Source: Eledone cirrhosa (lineage: Eukaryota). Taken from it: a stretch of 64,000 bases of DNA. The stretch is taken from positions 20,584,001 through 20,648,000 of the forward strand of contig OZ024757.1 of NCBI GenBank assembly GCA_964016885.1. Direction: 5' to 3'. Of this stretch, positions 27,660 to 41,224 are shown piece after piece; position 1 is the first letter of the stretch, and each line of letters starts with the position of its first letter. Both the position numbers and the translations under genes were made by a program. The notes beneath the pieces are model-generated. The model saw only the letters and a program-made list of their open reading frames with translations, had not been told where the DNA came from and ran no database searches.

Positions 27660-27860
27660 AGGAGGAGAGGGGTGCCCTTGAAGTGTTGGGTGATTTAGGA
27701 TTAGTGGGGTACCTGAGTCGCCCCTGGGTGGTTCTCCCCACTCTTGGGGAATTTTTATTGTTAATTTTTTTTTTTTTTACTCTATTTTATTGTAAACCCC
27801 CACTGTCCTTGTCTATTGTATTGTCCCCTATATGTAGGCCCTTGTGGCCAATAAAGAAAC
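27660..27860 (+). mobile_element. Probable LINE (L1/Tx1-like) 3' UTR ending in a polyadenylation signal
   Basis: Pyrimidine-rich tract ending CCCTTGTGGCCAATAAAGAAA. A related reverse-oriented copy lies at ~7213-7290. Confidence 0.45.
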
Positions 27861-28369
27861 AATTAATATTATATGACTTTTACCTCCCCCAAATTGCTGG
27901 TTTCTTGCCTAAATCAGAAACCATTATTATTATTGGCAGTATCAATAAAATAAAGTACCAGTAATACACTGGTATAATTGCTGCGGTGGGGTGGGGTGGT
28001 GATGGTGGAATGGGGTGGGGTAGAGATGAAAGAGGTGGGCTGGGGAGGGGTGACGATGGTGGGGTAGGGGAGAGATGGAGGTAGGGTGGGGGTGGTGATG
28101 GGGGATGGAGTAGAGATGGAGGAGGTATGCTGGGGGAGATATTAGGGTGGTGATGGTGGGGTGGGGGAGAGATAGAGGAGGTGGGCTGGGAGAGATTCGG
28201 GTGGGGGTGGTGATGGTGGGAGGAGGAGGGCTGGGGGAGAGATTCAGGTGGGGTGGGGTGGTGATGGGAAACCTAATCTGCTTATAGGAGATTAAACTGA
28301 AGTAGAAGATTGTACAGCACACTGACATGTGGTTATGTGTGCATGTGTGTAACAGTGTGTGTGTGTGTG

Positions 28370-29096
28370 TGTGTTTCTGGAGGTTAACCAGGAGTGTGTG
28401 TATCTGTTTCTGGAGGTTAACCAGGAGTGTGTGTATGTGTTTCTGGAGGTTAACCAGGAGTATGTGTATGTGTTTCTGGAGGTTAACCAGGAGTGTGTGT
28501 ATCTGTTTCTGGAGGTTAACCAGGAGTGTGTGTGTGTGTTTCTGGAGGTTAACCAGGAGTGTGTGTATGTGTTTCTGGAGGTTAACCAGGAGTGTGTGTA
28601 TGTGTTTCTGGAGGTTAACCAGGAGTGTGTGTATCTGTTTCTGGAGGTTAACCAGGAGTGTGTGTATCTGTTTCTGGAGGTTAACCAGGAGTGTGTGTGT
28701 GTGTTTCTGGAGGTTAACCAGGAGTGTGTGTATGTGTTTCTGGAGGTTAACCAGGAGTGTGTGTATGTGTTTCTGGAGGTTAACCAGGAGTGTGTGTATG
28801 TGTTTCTGGAGGTTAACCAGGAGTGTGTGTATGTGTTTCTGGAGGTTAACCAGGAGTGTGTGTATGTGTTTCTGGGGGTTAACCAGGAGTGTGTGTATGT
28901 GTTTCTGGAGGTTAACCAGGAGTGTGTGTATGTGTTTCTGGAGGTTAACCAGGAGTGTGTGTATGTGTTTCTGAAGGTTAACCAGGAGTGTGTGTATGTG
29001 TTTCTGGGGGTTAACCAGGAGTATGTGTATGTGTTTCTGGGGGTTAACCAGGAGTGTGTGTATGTGTTTCTGAAGGTTAACCAGGAGTGTGTGTGA
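28370..29096 (+). repeat. 33-bp minisatellite (~22 units)
   Basis: Unit TTTCTGGAGGTTAACCAGGAGTGTGTGTATGTG. Confidence 0.92.
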
Positions 29097-29500
29097 AAGG
29101 AATCACCAAGAGAGTTAACCAGAGGTCTCTGTTACAGAATACTAACAATACTAGGGATGACATCAACACTTGAACTTGACCCTCATGAAACAAGATGTAC
29201 AACTTTTATTTCATTCTCTAGAATAGCAGAAGTGGGGGGTGGAGGTGCTGTAGGGCGGGGGTAGAGAGAAGGAGGGTCTACTAGAAAGGACACAATATAG
29301 AAAGCTAGACATTATTCATCATTATTCAACATTATTAGGGCAGTGGATTGGCAGAATTTCGCTAAAGCGTCGGACACCATGCTTTGCAGCATAGAGTTAT
29401 GGACCTTTATGATCTGAGTTCAAATCCCGCCGAGGTAAACTTTGCCTTTCATCATTATTCACTGAAGATGGCAAACTTTTAGCAGCCAATGTAGATTTAA

Positions 29501-29725
29501 CCCTTGAGCATTTAAACCGGCCATATCCAGCCAGAATTCTCTCACCTCTTTCTTTCTGGTCAAACCGGTTGGAACCAACCACTCATACTTATGTCAAGGT
29601 ATCGTTCTCAAAATAAATAATATCAAAATCTCATAGATTCGATATTATGTGAGATAATTATGTAAAATAAAGTGTTTACTGTAAAAATACAATAGTAGAT
29701 ATAGAGAAATGTAAATGCTAAAGGG
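29501..29725. mobile_element. piggyBac-like MITE
   Basis: TTAA|CCCTTGAGCATTTA ... TAAATGCTAAAGGG|TTAA. A related copy in reverse orientation starts at ~9004. Confidence 0.7.
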
Positions 29726-29788
29726 TTAACTTTTCCAAGACAATCAATTTGGATCTATGAGCTCAACACTTTTGGTTAGAAGAAGATT

Positions 29789-29825
<37 letters not shown>

Positions 29826-30034
29826 CGAAGGAGGTGTGGTAAGGAACCAGATGGACCATAACATGATGGACCATAACCAGATGGGCTCAATTCATTTTGA
29901 GTCTAGTTAGACTATTACTCAACGGCGTACTCGATACTTGGGGTGGTAGAGTATGGTTATATTATAAAGAGTCAGGATTTGCTGGCTGAGCTTTTGCCGT
30001 TTCAATAGCTAGTTCCAAACTCTTTACAATATGT

Positions 30035-30384
30035 GGAGGCACATGGCTTAGTGGTTAGAGCATTGGCCATGCAATCGAAAGGTTGTGAGTTCAATTCTCA
30101 GACCGGGTGATGTGTTGTTTCCTTGAGCAAGACACTTTATTTCACATTGCTCCAGTTTACTCAGCTGTAGAAATGAGATGATAGGGACTGGGGTCCATAT
30201 CATTCCACTGCAAAGTGGTCGTGGAGGTGCCACGGCAAAAAAGCACCCAGCACTCACTGTAAATGAGGTTGGTGTTAGGAAGGGCATCCAGCTGTAGAAA
30301 TCAAGCCAGAATCAGTTCCCGTCCCACCCTTGCAAGCAGGGAAAAGTAGACGTAAAATGAAATGATGATGATGATGATGATGAT
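30035..30384 (+). mobile_element. SINE family A, full length
   Basis: Runs from GGAGGCACATGGCTTAGTGG to (TGA)n. Confidence 0.88.
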
Positions 30385-31139
30385 ATATCCTCATCATCGT
30401 TTAACATCCATTTTTCCATTCTTGCATGGGTTAGCCGGGTCACCCACATCATGAGACTAGTCTGCCCAGCTGGCCACACTGTATCTTGCACAGACGGAAC
30501 TGTATTTTGCCTGGAACTTTTACAGCTGGATGCCCTTCCTATCACCAACCATGTTTACAGTGTGCAACTGGATGGCAGCGTTATGAGGAGGATCTGGCCA
30601 GTTGGCTGCACTGTTCCATGCTCACATCGAAACCATAATTTGAGCACTAAGGCAGTAAGTTTGCTAGTCATATACATAAGTTTGTTGAATAAGTTAGATA
30701 CTCTTCGAGCTCAAACTTCCGCGGCTTATTCACTCTGAATGAAGAAAGCTGGATGGAAGAAGGACTTATGACTTAAACAGCGCTATTGATAGTTCCACAC
30801 AAGAAATTGATCTGCCATAAACACACCTAGCAAAGGTTGCTATTGAAAATCCAGTATGGGCACCCAGGGTTTCTAGCATTTTCAGGTGCACTCTGGGAGC
30901 TACGAATAACCCTACCTTTCCCAGGTACTGCAGCTAGTATATATATATATATATATACTATATATACTAGCTGCAGATGTATGTGTATATATATATATAT
31001 AAAAACATATATACACATATATATATATATATTTAAACAGACGGAAGATTTGCTTCGAAGTCGCTACAGCTAGTATATATATATATATACTAGCTGCAGA
31101 TGTATGTATATATATATATATATATATATAAACATATAT

Positions 31140-31215
<76 letters not shown>

Positions 31216-31290
31216 ATATATACACACACACACACATATGTATATATATATAAACAGACGGAAGATTTGCTTCGAAACTAGCTGCAGATG

Positions 31291-31328
<38 letters not shown>

Positions 31329-31784
31329 CATATATACACATATATATATATAAACATATATACACACACACACACACACACATATGTATATATATAAACA
31401 GACGGAAGATTTGCTTCGAAGTCGCTACAGCTAGTATATATATATATATATACTAGCTGCAGATGTATGTATATATATATAAAAACATATATACACACAT
31501 ATATATATATATAAACATATATCCACACACACATATATATATATATATATAAACAGACGGAAGATTTGCTTCGAAGTCCCTAGACGTATCTGAGGGACTT
31601 GCAAATCCAAAGTCAGGTCCGATCCACAAATAGATCGTACCTAGAGCTGTTTGGTGGAGGAAAAATTGTAATACATTAATAAATTGTATTTCGATGCATC
31701 ACTGATTCTTTGTTTTCTATAATATATATAAACATATATATCATGTTGTTGCGGAGTCTGCAACTGGCGGAGTTTAGCGTCACA

Positions 31785-31832
31785 TATATAATCATACATA
31801 TATACATATATATATATATATACATATATAAT

Positions 31833-31903
<71 letters not shown>

Positions 31904-31937
31904 TCATACATATATATATATATATATATATACATAC

Positions 31938-31975
<38 letters not shown>

Positions 31976-32031
31976 TCATACATATATATATATATATATA
32001 TATACATACATATATATATACATATACATAC

Positions 32032-32065
<34 letters not shown>

Positions 32066-32281
32066 TCATACATATATATATATATATATACATACATATA
32101 TATATATATACATATACATACATATATATATATATACATATATATATACATATACATACATATATATATATATACATATACATTTATATACATATACATA
32201 CATATATATATACATATACATACATATATATATACATATACATACATATATATATACACATACATATATATATATATACAT

Positions 32282-32324
<43 letters not shown>

Positions 32325-32449
32325 CATACATACATACAAATATACATACATTCATATAGATACATATATATTTATATATATATATATATACATCCATCCA
32401 TCCATACATACATACATACATACATACAAATATACATACATATATATAT

Positions 32450-32493
<44 letters not shown>

Positions 32494-32665
32494 CATACAT
32501 AATAAATAAATAACTTATACAATTATCAAACTTTGATAATTGTATAATTTATTTATTTAACTGCTTTGTAAAACAACTGATGTTCACACATGGAGCTATT
32601 TCTCTCACTGGTAATAAGGTAATTAAGAAATTACTGACCTTCTTGTTTATACTTTATACATATAT

Positions 32666-32709
<44 letters not shown>

Positions 32710-32786
32710 CATACATATATATATACATATATATATACATACATATATATATACATACATATATATATACATATATATATATATAC

Positions 32787-32849
<63 letters not shown>

Positions 32850-33170
32850 CATATATATATACATATATATATATACATATCTATATATATATACATATCT
32901 ATATATACATATCTATATATATATACATATATATATATATACATATATATATATACACATATATATATATACATACATATATATACATATATATATACAT
33001 ATATATATATATACATACATACATAAATATACATACATATATATATACATATATACATATATATATACATATATATATATACATACATATATATATATAA
33101 ATACACATATATATACATACATATATATATATAAATACACATATATATACACACACACAGACACACATAT
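31785..33170. repeat. (TA)n/(TACA)n microsatellite field, representative of many in the window
   Basis: Direct inspection. Similar tracts at 5830-6200, 24480-24860, 38800-39930, 51770-51900, 52370-52840 and 55150-55620. Confidence 0.95.
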
Positions 33171-33541
33171 ATTTAATATAGAAAAGGCTTCTACAGGACT
33201 AGAACTCTTTCATTCGGGAGATATCATCATCTCATCAAGAGAAAGGCAAGTTAAAAACAAATAATTAATTAAATAAATAGAATAAAGTAAAATAAAGTAA
33301 ACAATAAAAAATATAATGGTTCTATTCCTTGTTGATTTCAGGAATAAGATATTTTGTGAAGAAGAAATGGAAATAGTGGTTTTAGTCCTTCCAGATCTTA
33401 CAAATAAATTTTGTCATAAATGAAAAAATATGTTACAAATTACAAAAAAAAAAAAAAAATTAAATAAAAAAAAATGACAAAAAATAAAGAAATCCTAAAA
33501 AAAGAAACAAGGTAAAAGAGGGAAAAAGTTTTTGTTTTTAC

Positions 33542-35885
33542 CTGTCGTAATCAAGAATTCCACTACTTTTCTGCATGCATTCTTTAACTGCTTGCATTCC
33601 TTCACGGAATCGCTGCTGTAGCCGACGAGCGTACAGTGATGCACCTCCTTCGCTTAAATATCCACTACCCATATCATCACACCGTTGACTCCTCAGTATG
33701 TCTCCGTCAGATACATAGCCTGATATATAATCGTAGGTATCCAAATCAGAAGCATAGTCACTTTCCAGGGCACTCTGACCCCCGGATGACATTGCTCTCT
33801 TTATGGAACCGGAGCTGTAGTAGCCCCCTTGGTCCATGTACGACCGGTTCATACTGAGACGACTTGACCCACTTCCCCCACCACCGCCGGCATAGAGAGA
33901 TGTTGGTACAGATATTCCTGGGATATGAAAGTTTTTGTTAGACGATGATCCAACATAACCCCTGAAATAGCCATACGGCATGGCTCTCATTATCGGGGGC
34001 ATTGGTTTGATATCCATCGTCTCGCCGGCATCATCGATAAACGTGGTTTCCTTATTGTCTTTCTCCAAGATCATAGTCTCTTTACCAGATTTAGAAACAG
34101 TCTCCGTCCGCACTTCGGTGTCAAATGTGGTCTCAATCTTTTCACCATGTCGCGGTTGAACAATTGCCACATTATTTGCTGGTTTTGTGAGTTGTGAGCT
34201 AAGAATTTTAACTCCAAGACGAGGAGAGTTGGTAGAACTTGGAGTCGGCTTTTCGGCTGCTATTAACTCCTCGTAGTTGTTTGCATGTGAAGAGAAACTA
34301 TCATTTTGACAATGAATGCTCAGATGATGCTCTTGACTTGGGCTGTCATCTCCAACGAGACTGCTTTCCTTAACTGTGTCCAACTTCTTAATATTGTGGC
34401 GCTGAAGAGCAGATAAATTAGTCTGGGTATTTCCATCTACCTTAGCCACTGGTGGGAAAGAATTCGGTGTCAGGGACCGAGTTGGTTTAACGACGTTTAC
34501 ACTTTGGGAAATGGCATCGTTGCGTTCAGCATTATTAACATCTTTGTCCCGACTCTGTTGGTGCCTGTGGCTGCTTCGTTCGGATTCGTAACCGACTGCA
34601 GGCACAGTTACTTCTACGTAATGGCTGTTCGATTTACCTGGTATACCTGTTTTGCCCACCATGGTTGTTGGGCTGAGGCAACGTATATTCTGTCCCTGAA
34701 CTGTAGCTACTTGTCGTATGGGAGAGTTTACAAGGGAGGGCAAATCTCCTTCTCTGTAAACGTGGAAATCATGGCCATCTTTAATTGAGACACTATCACT
34801 TGGTATGCTGAGCAACTGTTGAGAAAGTTGTCCTTCATCTGGTAGTGGAGGCGGAGGAGGTTGGTGGATATTTAAATTCTGGCGGGAACTTTTAGAAGAT
34901 TGTCTGTTAGATAAAGAAGGTGCCAATAGTTGTGTGTGTCCGCTTTTAATATGATCACGCACGGCTGATGGCACTTTCACCTTTTCTTCTTTGCTACCAC
35001 CTTTTCCTTTGGGTTTCGGAATACCAGTTGATGGTGGAGGTATCTGTGAACCTGGAGAGGGCTGTTTGCCCGCTTTTGCACCAGATTTGGGGATCAGACT
35101 AGTAATTTTCGAATTTTTCTTTGAACTGTTTGATTCGTCATCTCGCTTTGAATCATTTCTATCAGGTCTCAGGTTTCCAGAAGAACTCTTTTTTCCTGGA
35201 GGTGGAGAAATTTTACGTGAACTTGAAACTGACTGATTTGAATAATTTGGACTTGGGGTTCGAGGTGACGGTGAAGGCGTACTTCGTTTAGAAGTGTTAT
35301 CATCTGTTGATAATCCAGCAGAATCCCTTTTTGCATTAAAGGGTCTACCTAATCCTTTTTTAGTTATCTTGGTTGATAATTTCGGGCTACTTGATCCGGG
35401 GGGAATAGTCAAAGGACCATTTTCCATTGAACTAGGACCCCGAGTGCTAGTGGAAGGTGACTTAGTGTCACTACATGTTTCTTGTTCACTTCGAGACTGA
35501 GGCAAATTACTTGCACTGCCGTTGCTATTACAGCCGCCACCACTGCTGCTACTGGAGCGTGAGGGACTCTTCACAATACCGCTTCCTTTGGCTTTCTCTT
35601 TTTCTTTGTTGAAAAATTTAAACTTATCAAGCATAGAGTTCTTATTAGCTGCTGATGTTTTCTGCAAGGCACACTTGGAGGACTGTGAAGGAACAGCTTG
35701 GCCAGTATTCAGTGTAGGGATACGTCCAGGCTGTTTCTCAAGCCCCGGTTGAGGTGCTCGATTACTTAGTGTCTTGCCCCCAGGGGTCGGAATGTTTGAA
35801 GGAACTGCAGAAGGGGATGTGGCACGGTTAGAGACACCATCACGTGCATTGGCATTGTTATTTCTTACTATAGTGATGGAAGAAC
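33542..35885 (-). CDS. NAV2: Large internal coding exon of a neuron navigator family gene (NAV1/2/3, sickie, unc-53 homologue)
   Basis: The frame is open across the whole exon and extends the 709-aa ORF upstream (SSITIVRNNN...). Acceptor is a long poly-T tract ending ctttgtag|G at 35885 (phase 1); donor is AG|GTAAAA at 33542 (phase 2). It contains navigator-like motifs SMLDKFKFFN, SGYVSDGD and SGYLSEGGASLYARR in Ser/Pro-rich sequence. The symbol stands for the family; an invertebrate gene would be co-orthologous to NAV1/2/3. Confidence 0.88.
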
Positions 35886-36077
35886 CTACAAAGAAAAAAA
35901 AAAAAAATAAATAATAAATTTTAAAATGTCATCAATAGAATACATTGATTTCATAAATAACGAGAAGAAAATCAAAACTGTTTATCAAAAACACTGGTGT
36001 TGATGTAATCGACTTTCCCTACCCCAAAAATTGTTGGCCTTTGCATCTAAATCAGAAACTGTTATTTCTACTGAAAC

Positions 36078-36420
36078 ATCATCATCATCATCATCATCAT
36101 CATTTTACGTCCGCTTTTCCCTGCTTGCAAAGGTGGGACGGGAACTGATTCTGGCTTGATTTCTACAGCTGGATGCCCTTCCTAACACCAACCTCATTTA
36201 CAGTGTGGGCTGGGTGCTTTTTTGCCGTGGCACCTCCACGATCACTTTGCAGTGGAATGATAGGGACCCCAGTCCCTATCATCTCATTTCTACAGCTGAG
36301 TAAACTGGAGCAATGTGAAATAAAGTGTCTTGCTCAAGGAAATAACACATCACCCGGTCTGAGAATTGAACTCACAACCTTTCGATTGCAAGCCCAATGT
36401 TCTAACCACTAAGCCCTGCG
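36078..36420 (-). mobile_element. SINE family A, near full length
   Basis: Reverse-complement match to 30035-30384. Confidence 0.88.
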
Positions 36421-37237
36421 CGTTCATCATATATAAAAAAATAATCTTAAATACAAAGAATGTGTGTTTCTTTAACTGCTAACAGCTTTTAGGAGGATTT
36501 CAACTAAAGCTACTAGTATTAAAGCTACTAGTATTATATAACCAACACTAAAAAGTTCCTAGCGTAAAAAAATAAATCAGATCTTATATTTACTGAAAAG
36601 TCTTTTAGATGGAAAAATGAATTCTAGTCATTTCAAATTATTATATTGTCAGAGTGCCTTCAAAACCTGTTTCAAAACTCAATAATATACATAACAACGA
36701 GTGGCTTTCTAGAGGGCTGTACATAGATATCTTGTCATTAAAGAATCTACAAGTCTGATTAGCCATCAATTCCAGAGTTGGCTGTGATCAAAACCAATCA
36801 TTCCTTGAGCTGATTGATCACAAAGTGTATGTCATATGTGAATAAACATAATGATGCTATATTGATATCATCATTCCTACTCATTAAATTCCGCCGAGGT
36901 TAACTTTGCCTTTCATCCTTACGGGGGTCGATAAAATAAAGTACCAGTAATGCACTGGGGTAATTGCTGGCCTTGTGCCAAAAGTAGAAACAATTATTAT
37001 CCCTTTACGATCTGAGTTCAAATCCCGCCGGGGTTAACTTTGCCTTTCATCCTTACGGGGTTGATAAAATAAAGTACCAGTAATGCACTGAGATAATTGC
37101 TGGCCTTGTGCCAATAGTAGAAACAATTATTATTATTATTGTTGTGTGTGGCGGCGGATTGACAGTATTGGTAAAGGGTCGGACGCCATGCTTTGACGCA
37201 TAGAGTTACAGCCCTTTCCATTCTGAGTTCAAATCCT

Positions 37238-37327
37238 GCCAAAGGTCTTGATCCAGTGTCATTGTCTTAGAGAGGTGTAGGTGAGCAAGGTCAGTTTTTA
37301 TCACCTCGTCCCAGGTTTTTCTTGGTC

Positions 37328-37333
<6 letters not shown>
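37238..37333 (-). mobile_element. RTE LINE 3' ORF-end fragment
   Basis: Translates to GRPRKTWDEVIKTDLAHLHLSKTMTLDQDLW, homologous to 50325-50405. Confidence 0.75.
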
Positions 37334-37396
<63 letters not shown>

Positions 37397-37397
37397 G

Positions 37398-37745
37398 GAG
37401 GCACATGGCTTAGTGGTTAGAGCATTGGGCTTGCAATCGAAAGGTTGTGAGTTCAATTCTCAGATCGGGTGATGTGTTGTTTCCTTGAGCAAGACACTTT
37501 ATTTCACATTGCTCCAGTTTACTCAGCTGTAGAAATGAGATGATAGGGACTGGGGTCCCTATCATTCCACTGCAAAGTGGTCGTGGAGGTGCCACGGCAA
37601 AAAGCACCCAGCACTCACTGTAAATGAGGTTGGTGTTAGGAAGGGCATCCAGCTGTAGAAATCAAGCCAGAATCAGTTCCCGTCCCACCCTTGCAAGCAG
37701 GGAAAAGTGGACGTAAAATGAAATGATGAAATGATGATGATGATG
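37398..37745 (+). mobile_element. SINE family A, full length
   Basis: Match to the family, inserted after (TA)n. Confidence 0.88.
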
Positions 37746-37850
37746 TATGTGTGTTATGTAATTCCAAAGGAAAAGCAAAGGAAAAAAGAGTGCTCTATGT
37801 ATAGAACAAAGCTATTTAATTAGAAAGTGAACAACACAAAATATAACTAC

Positions 37851-37916
37851 TCCATTACCAAAGGTTTCTGGATCACAGACGATAATAATATACGTCTGGA
37901 TCGGTCGTCAGACAGA
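37851..37916 (-). ncRNA. Type I hammerhead ribozyme, partly degenerate
   Basis: TCTGT-CTGACGA-CCGATCCAGACG..CGTCTGTGATCCA-GAAA-CCTTTGG-TA-ATGGA. The base of stem II is mismatched. Confidence 0.55.
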
Positions 37917-38131
37917 TATGTTAGGGATAAAAGATATGAAATGAGATTTAAAATCTGTTAAAAATTGGAAGTGAGGCTGGAAAAATAACGGGATAAAAAT
38001 GAAAAAATAAAAATATATAGCAATATAGAAAAAGACGTGTGTACATACATATACACACATTCAGATAAAAGGAATATATATATATGTATGCGATATTAAA
38101 TAAATGGAAACTATATTTATAAAACCATATT

Positions 38132-38196
38132 TATTTCATTATACATATTTCAGGGATACCAAATTAAAATATGGTAGGCCTTCATCAGACAAAATA
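38132..38196 (-). ncRNA. Minimal type I hammerhead ribozyme (inverted copy)
   Basis: Reverse complement of 38314-38378 with one stem II difference. Confidence 0.7.
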
Positions 38197-38313
38197 CAAT
38201 ATATAAACAGTTTTATAAATAATTTTGACGTACCCTATCCAGACAGCTTCCAAAAATAATGGTCGCATCTAATAGGGTACGTCAAAATTATTTATAAAAC
38301 TGTTTATATATTG

Positions 38314-38378
38314 TATTTTGTCTGATGAAGGCATACCATATTTTAATTTGGTATCCCTGAAATATGTATAATGAAATA
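38314..38378 (+). ncRNA. Minimal type I hammerhead ribozyme
   Basis: TATTTTGT-CTGATGA-AGGCATACCA..TGGTATCCCT-GAAA-TATGTA-TA-ATGAAATA. Confidence 0.72.
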
Positions 38379-38839
38379 AATATGGTTTTATAAATATAGT
38401 TTCCATTTATTAATATCGTATATCTACTCCAAATACTTGTCGAGTGCTTTATATCAGTTATAAAATATTTACTTGTTGTATCCCAACAATTTTAAATAGA
38501 ACTTTTGAATATATATGTATGTATGTATACAAATAAAATACAGAGTTTATAATTCATATGGAGACACTGTAATTAACAAGCTCAAAGTATCGGTAGAGGG
38601 TCAGACATGCTTTCTAGCATAGAGTTACGGCCCTTTCCATTCTGAGTTCAAATCTCGCCGAGGTTAACTTTGCCGTCCATCCTTACGGGGTCGATAAAAT
38701 AAAGTACCAGTAATGTACTGGGTAATTGCTGGCCTTGTGCCAAAAGTAGAAACAATTATATAATAATATATGTAGTACTGTGTTTATTACTACACACACA
38801 CACATATATATATATATATGTATACATACTTACATGCAA

Positions 38840-38882
<43 letters not shown>

Positions 38883-39247
38883 AACATACATGTACACGGA
38901 CATACACATATACATATGCATATATATAGATACACACACACACAAACATATACAGACATATACACACACACACACATATATAAAACATATACAGACATAT
39001 ACACACTCACATATACCACATACATGTATATATATACACACACACTGTAAATGTGGTTGGTGTTAGGAAGGGCATCCAACTGTAGAAAACCTGCCAGACA
39101 GTCCTATGCGAGCAAGACAATCACTCTTGCCTCAAGTGGGACTACCCCCGTCCAAACCCATGCAAGCGTGGAACACGGACGTTAAATGTTGATGATGATG
39201 ATGACACACACACAAAACATATACAAATACACACTCACATATACCAC

Positions 39248-39300
<53 letters not shown>

Positions 39301-39630
39301 AAACATATACAAATACGTATACACTCAAACATACAAATACATATACACACTCACATATACCACATACATATATACACACACACATAAAAACATATACAAA
39401 TACATATACACACTCACATATACCACATACATATATATTTATACACACACACACACATAAAACATACAAATACATATACACACTCACATATACCACATAC
39501 ATATATACACACACACATAAAAACATATACAAATACATATACACTCACATATACCACATACATATATATTTATACACACACACACATAAAAACATACAAA
39601 TACATATACACACTCACATATATCACATAC

Positions 39631-39661
<31 letters not shown>

Positions 39662-39723
39662 TATATATAAAAACATATACAGACATATACAAATACACAC
39701 TCACATATATCACACTCACATAC

Positions 39724-39754
<31 letters not shown>

Positions 39755-40126
39755 TATATATATAAAAACATATACAGACATACAAATACACACTCACATA
39801 TATCACATACACATATATATATATATATACACGTAGATGCAAATATACATATATATGTGTATATGGCACAGGCACACTAGTCTGTGAAAACATACATACG
39901 CGAACACACACACACACACACATATATATATATGAAATGATACGGAGACATCACACACACAGAGTTAAACAAGAATACAGTTACATACACAAAACTACAA
40001 ATGGATGCATATGACCAGTAGATGTGTTAAGCAGCTAAGAGCATGTATAATTACAAATGAACACACACACATAACCCCACACATAAATACACATATACAA
40101 CTGCACGCAACCACATTATATGAATA

Positions 40127-40185
<59 letters not shown>

Positions 40186-40368
40186 GTAGGTCCCCGGTTG
40201 AGTCGGGGATAACCACAGTAAGTAAGGTACTCAATACATGGCAGAGTAAAATTTTTTTATTTTATAGAAGGAGCTTCTACAGGACTAGTACTGTTTCATT
40301 CATATGTATTGAGTACCTCACTTACTTTTCATCTGAATGAAACAGTACTAGTCCTGTTGAAGCTCCTT

Positions 40369-40406
<38 letters not shown>

Positions 40407-40804
40407 GGAAAAAAGTTTGTCCTTCATCAGTGATCTTCCAACCATCATAGGCATTTCATCGCTTTAAAGACCATATACCTAAGGTTGGTGCGAGCAACGG
40501 CTAAAAAAAGTCGTTGGGACACGTAAATAAAGGGGAAGCGAGTGTAAACAAACAAAATGGTGAAGCAACAGAAAGTGAGGAAGAAGGAGACAAGTCCCAA
40601 ATTTCTATGAATTTAAATTCGGTGAAATCGTAAACGAGAGAATAAAGACCATCAAACCTGGTTGAAATGTGAGCAAGGAAGGAATTTCGCACAGGTCTAA
40701 CGGGAGGAAGAAGGGGTATATATATATATCCGGGAACTTCCAACAGTAATGGTTGCATTTTTTAAGGGTATGTCAATATTTATTTATAAAACTGATCTAT
40801 ATTA

Positions 40805-40869
40805 TATTTTGTCTGATGAAAGCACACCATAATTTAACTTGGTGTCCTTGAAATATGTATAATGAAATA
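40805..40869 (+). ncRNA. Minimal type I hammerhead ribozyme, same family as 38314
   Basis: TATTTTGT-CTGATGA-AAGCACACCA..TGGTGTCCTT-GAAA-TATGTA-TA-ATGAAATA. Stem II shows compensatory changes relative to 38314. Confidence 0.72.
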
Positions 40870-40908
40870 AATATGGTTTTATAAATATAGTTTCCATTTG
40901 TTAATATC

Positions 40909-40968
<60 letters not shown>

Positions 40969-41224
40969 ATAATATAAATTTGAAGACTAAAATCCAAAGA
41001 GAGCTCGTTAAGGATAAATATATATCAAATATATAAGAACCCTAGAGCAAATATTTATTAAAATAACAGATTAAAGTTTAAGCAAAGAATCGCTGCTTTG
41101 TTAGTTTGGACTTGTTAGTTTCAGAAGATCCCGTTAAGGGTGAAAGCAGCGATTCTTTGCTTAAACTTTAATCTGTTATTTTAATAAATATATATATATA
41201 TATATATTTATAAAACAAACTTTG

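Noticed and set aside
28327-29096. 215-aa and 245-aa repeat ORFs
   Set aside because: A 33-bp minisatellite with no splice signals or codon-position bias in its variants.
30035-30105. tRNA genes at SINE heads
   Set aside because: The A/B boxes are followed by SINE bodies and lack a complete acceptor stem. These are tRNA-derived SINE heads, not tRNAs.
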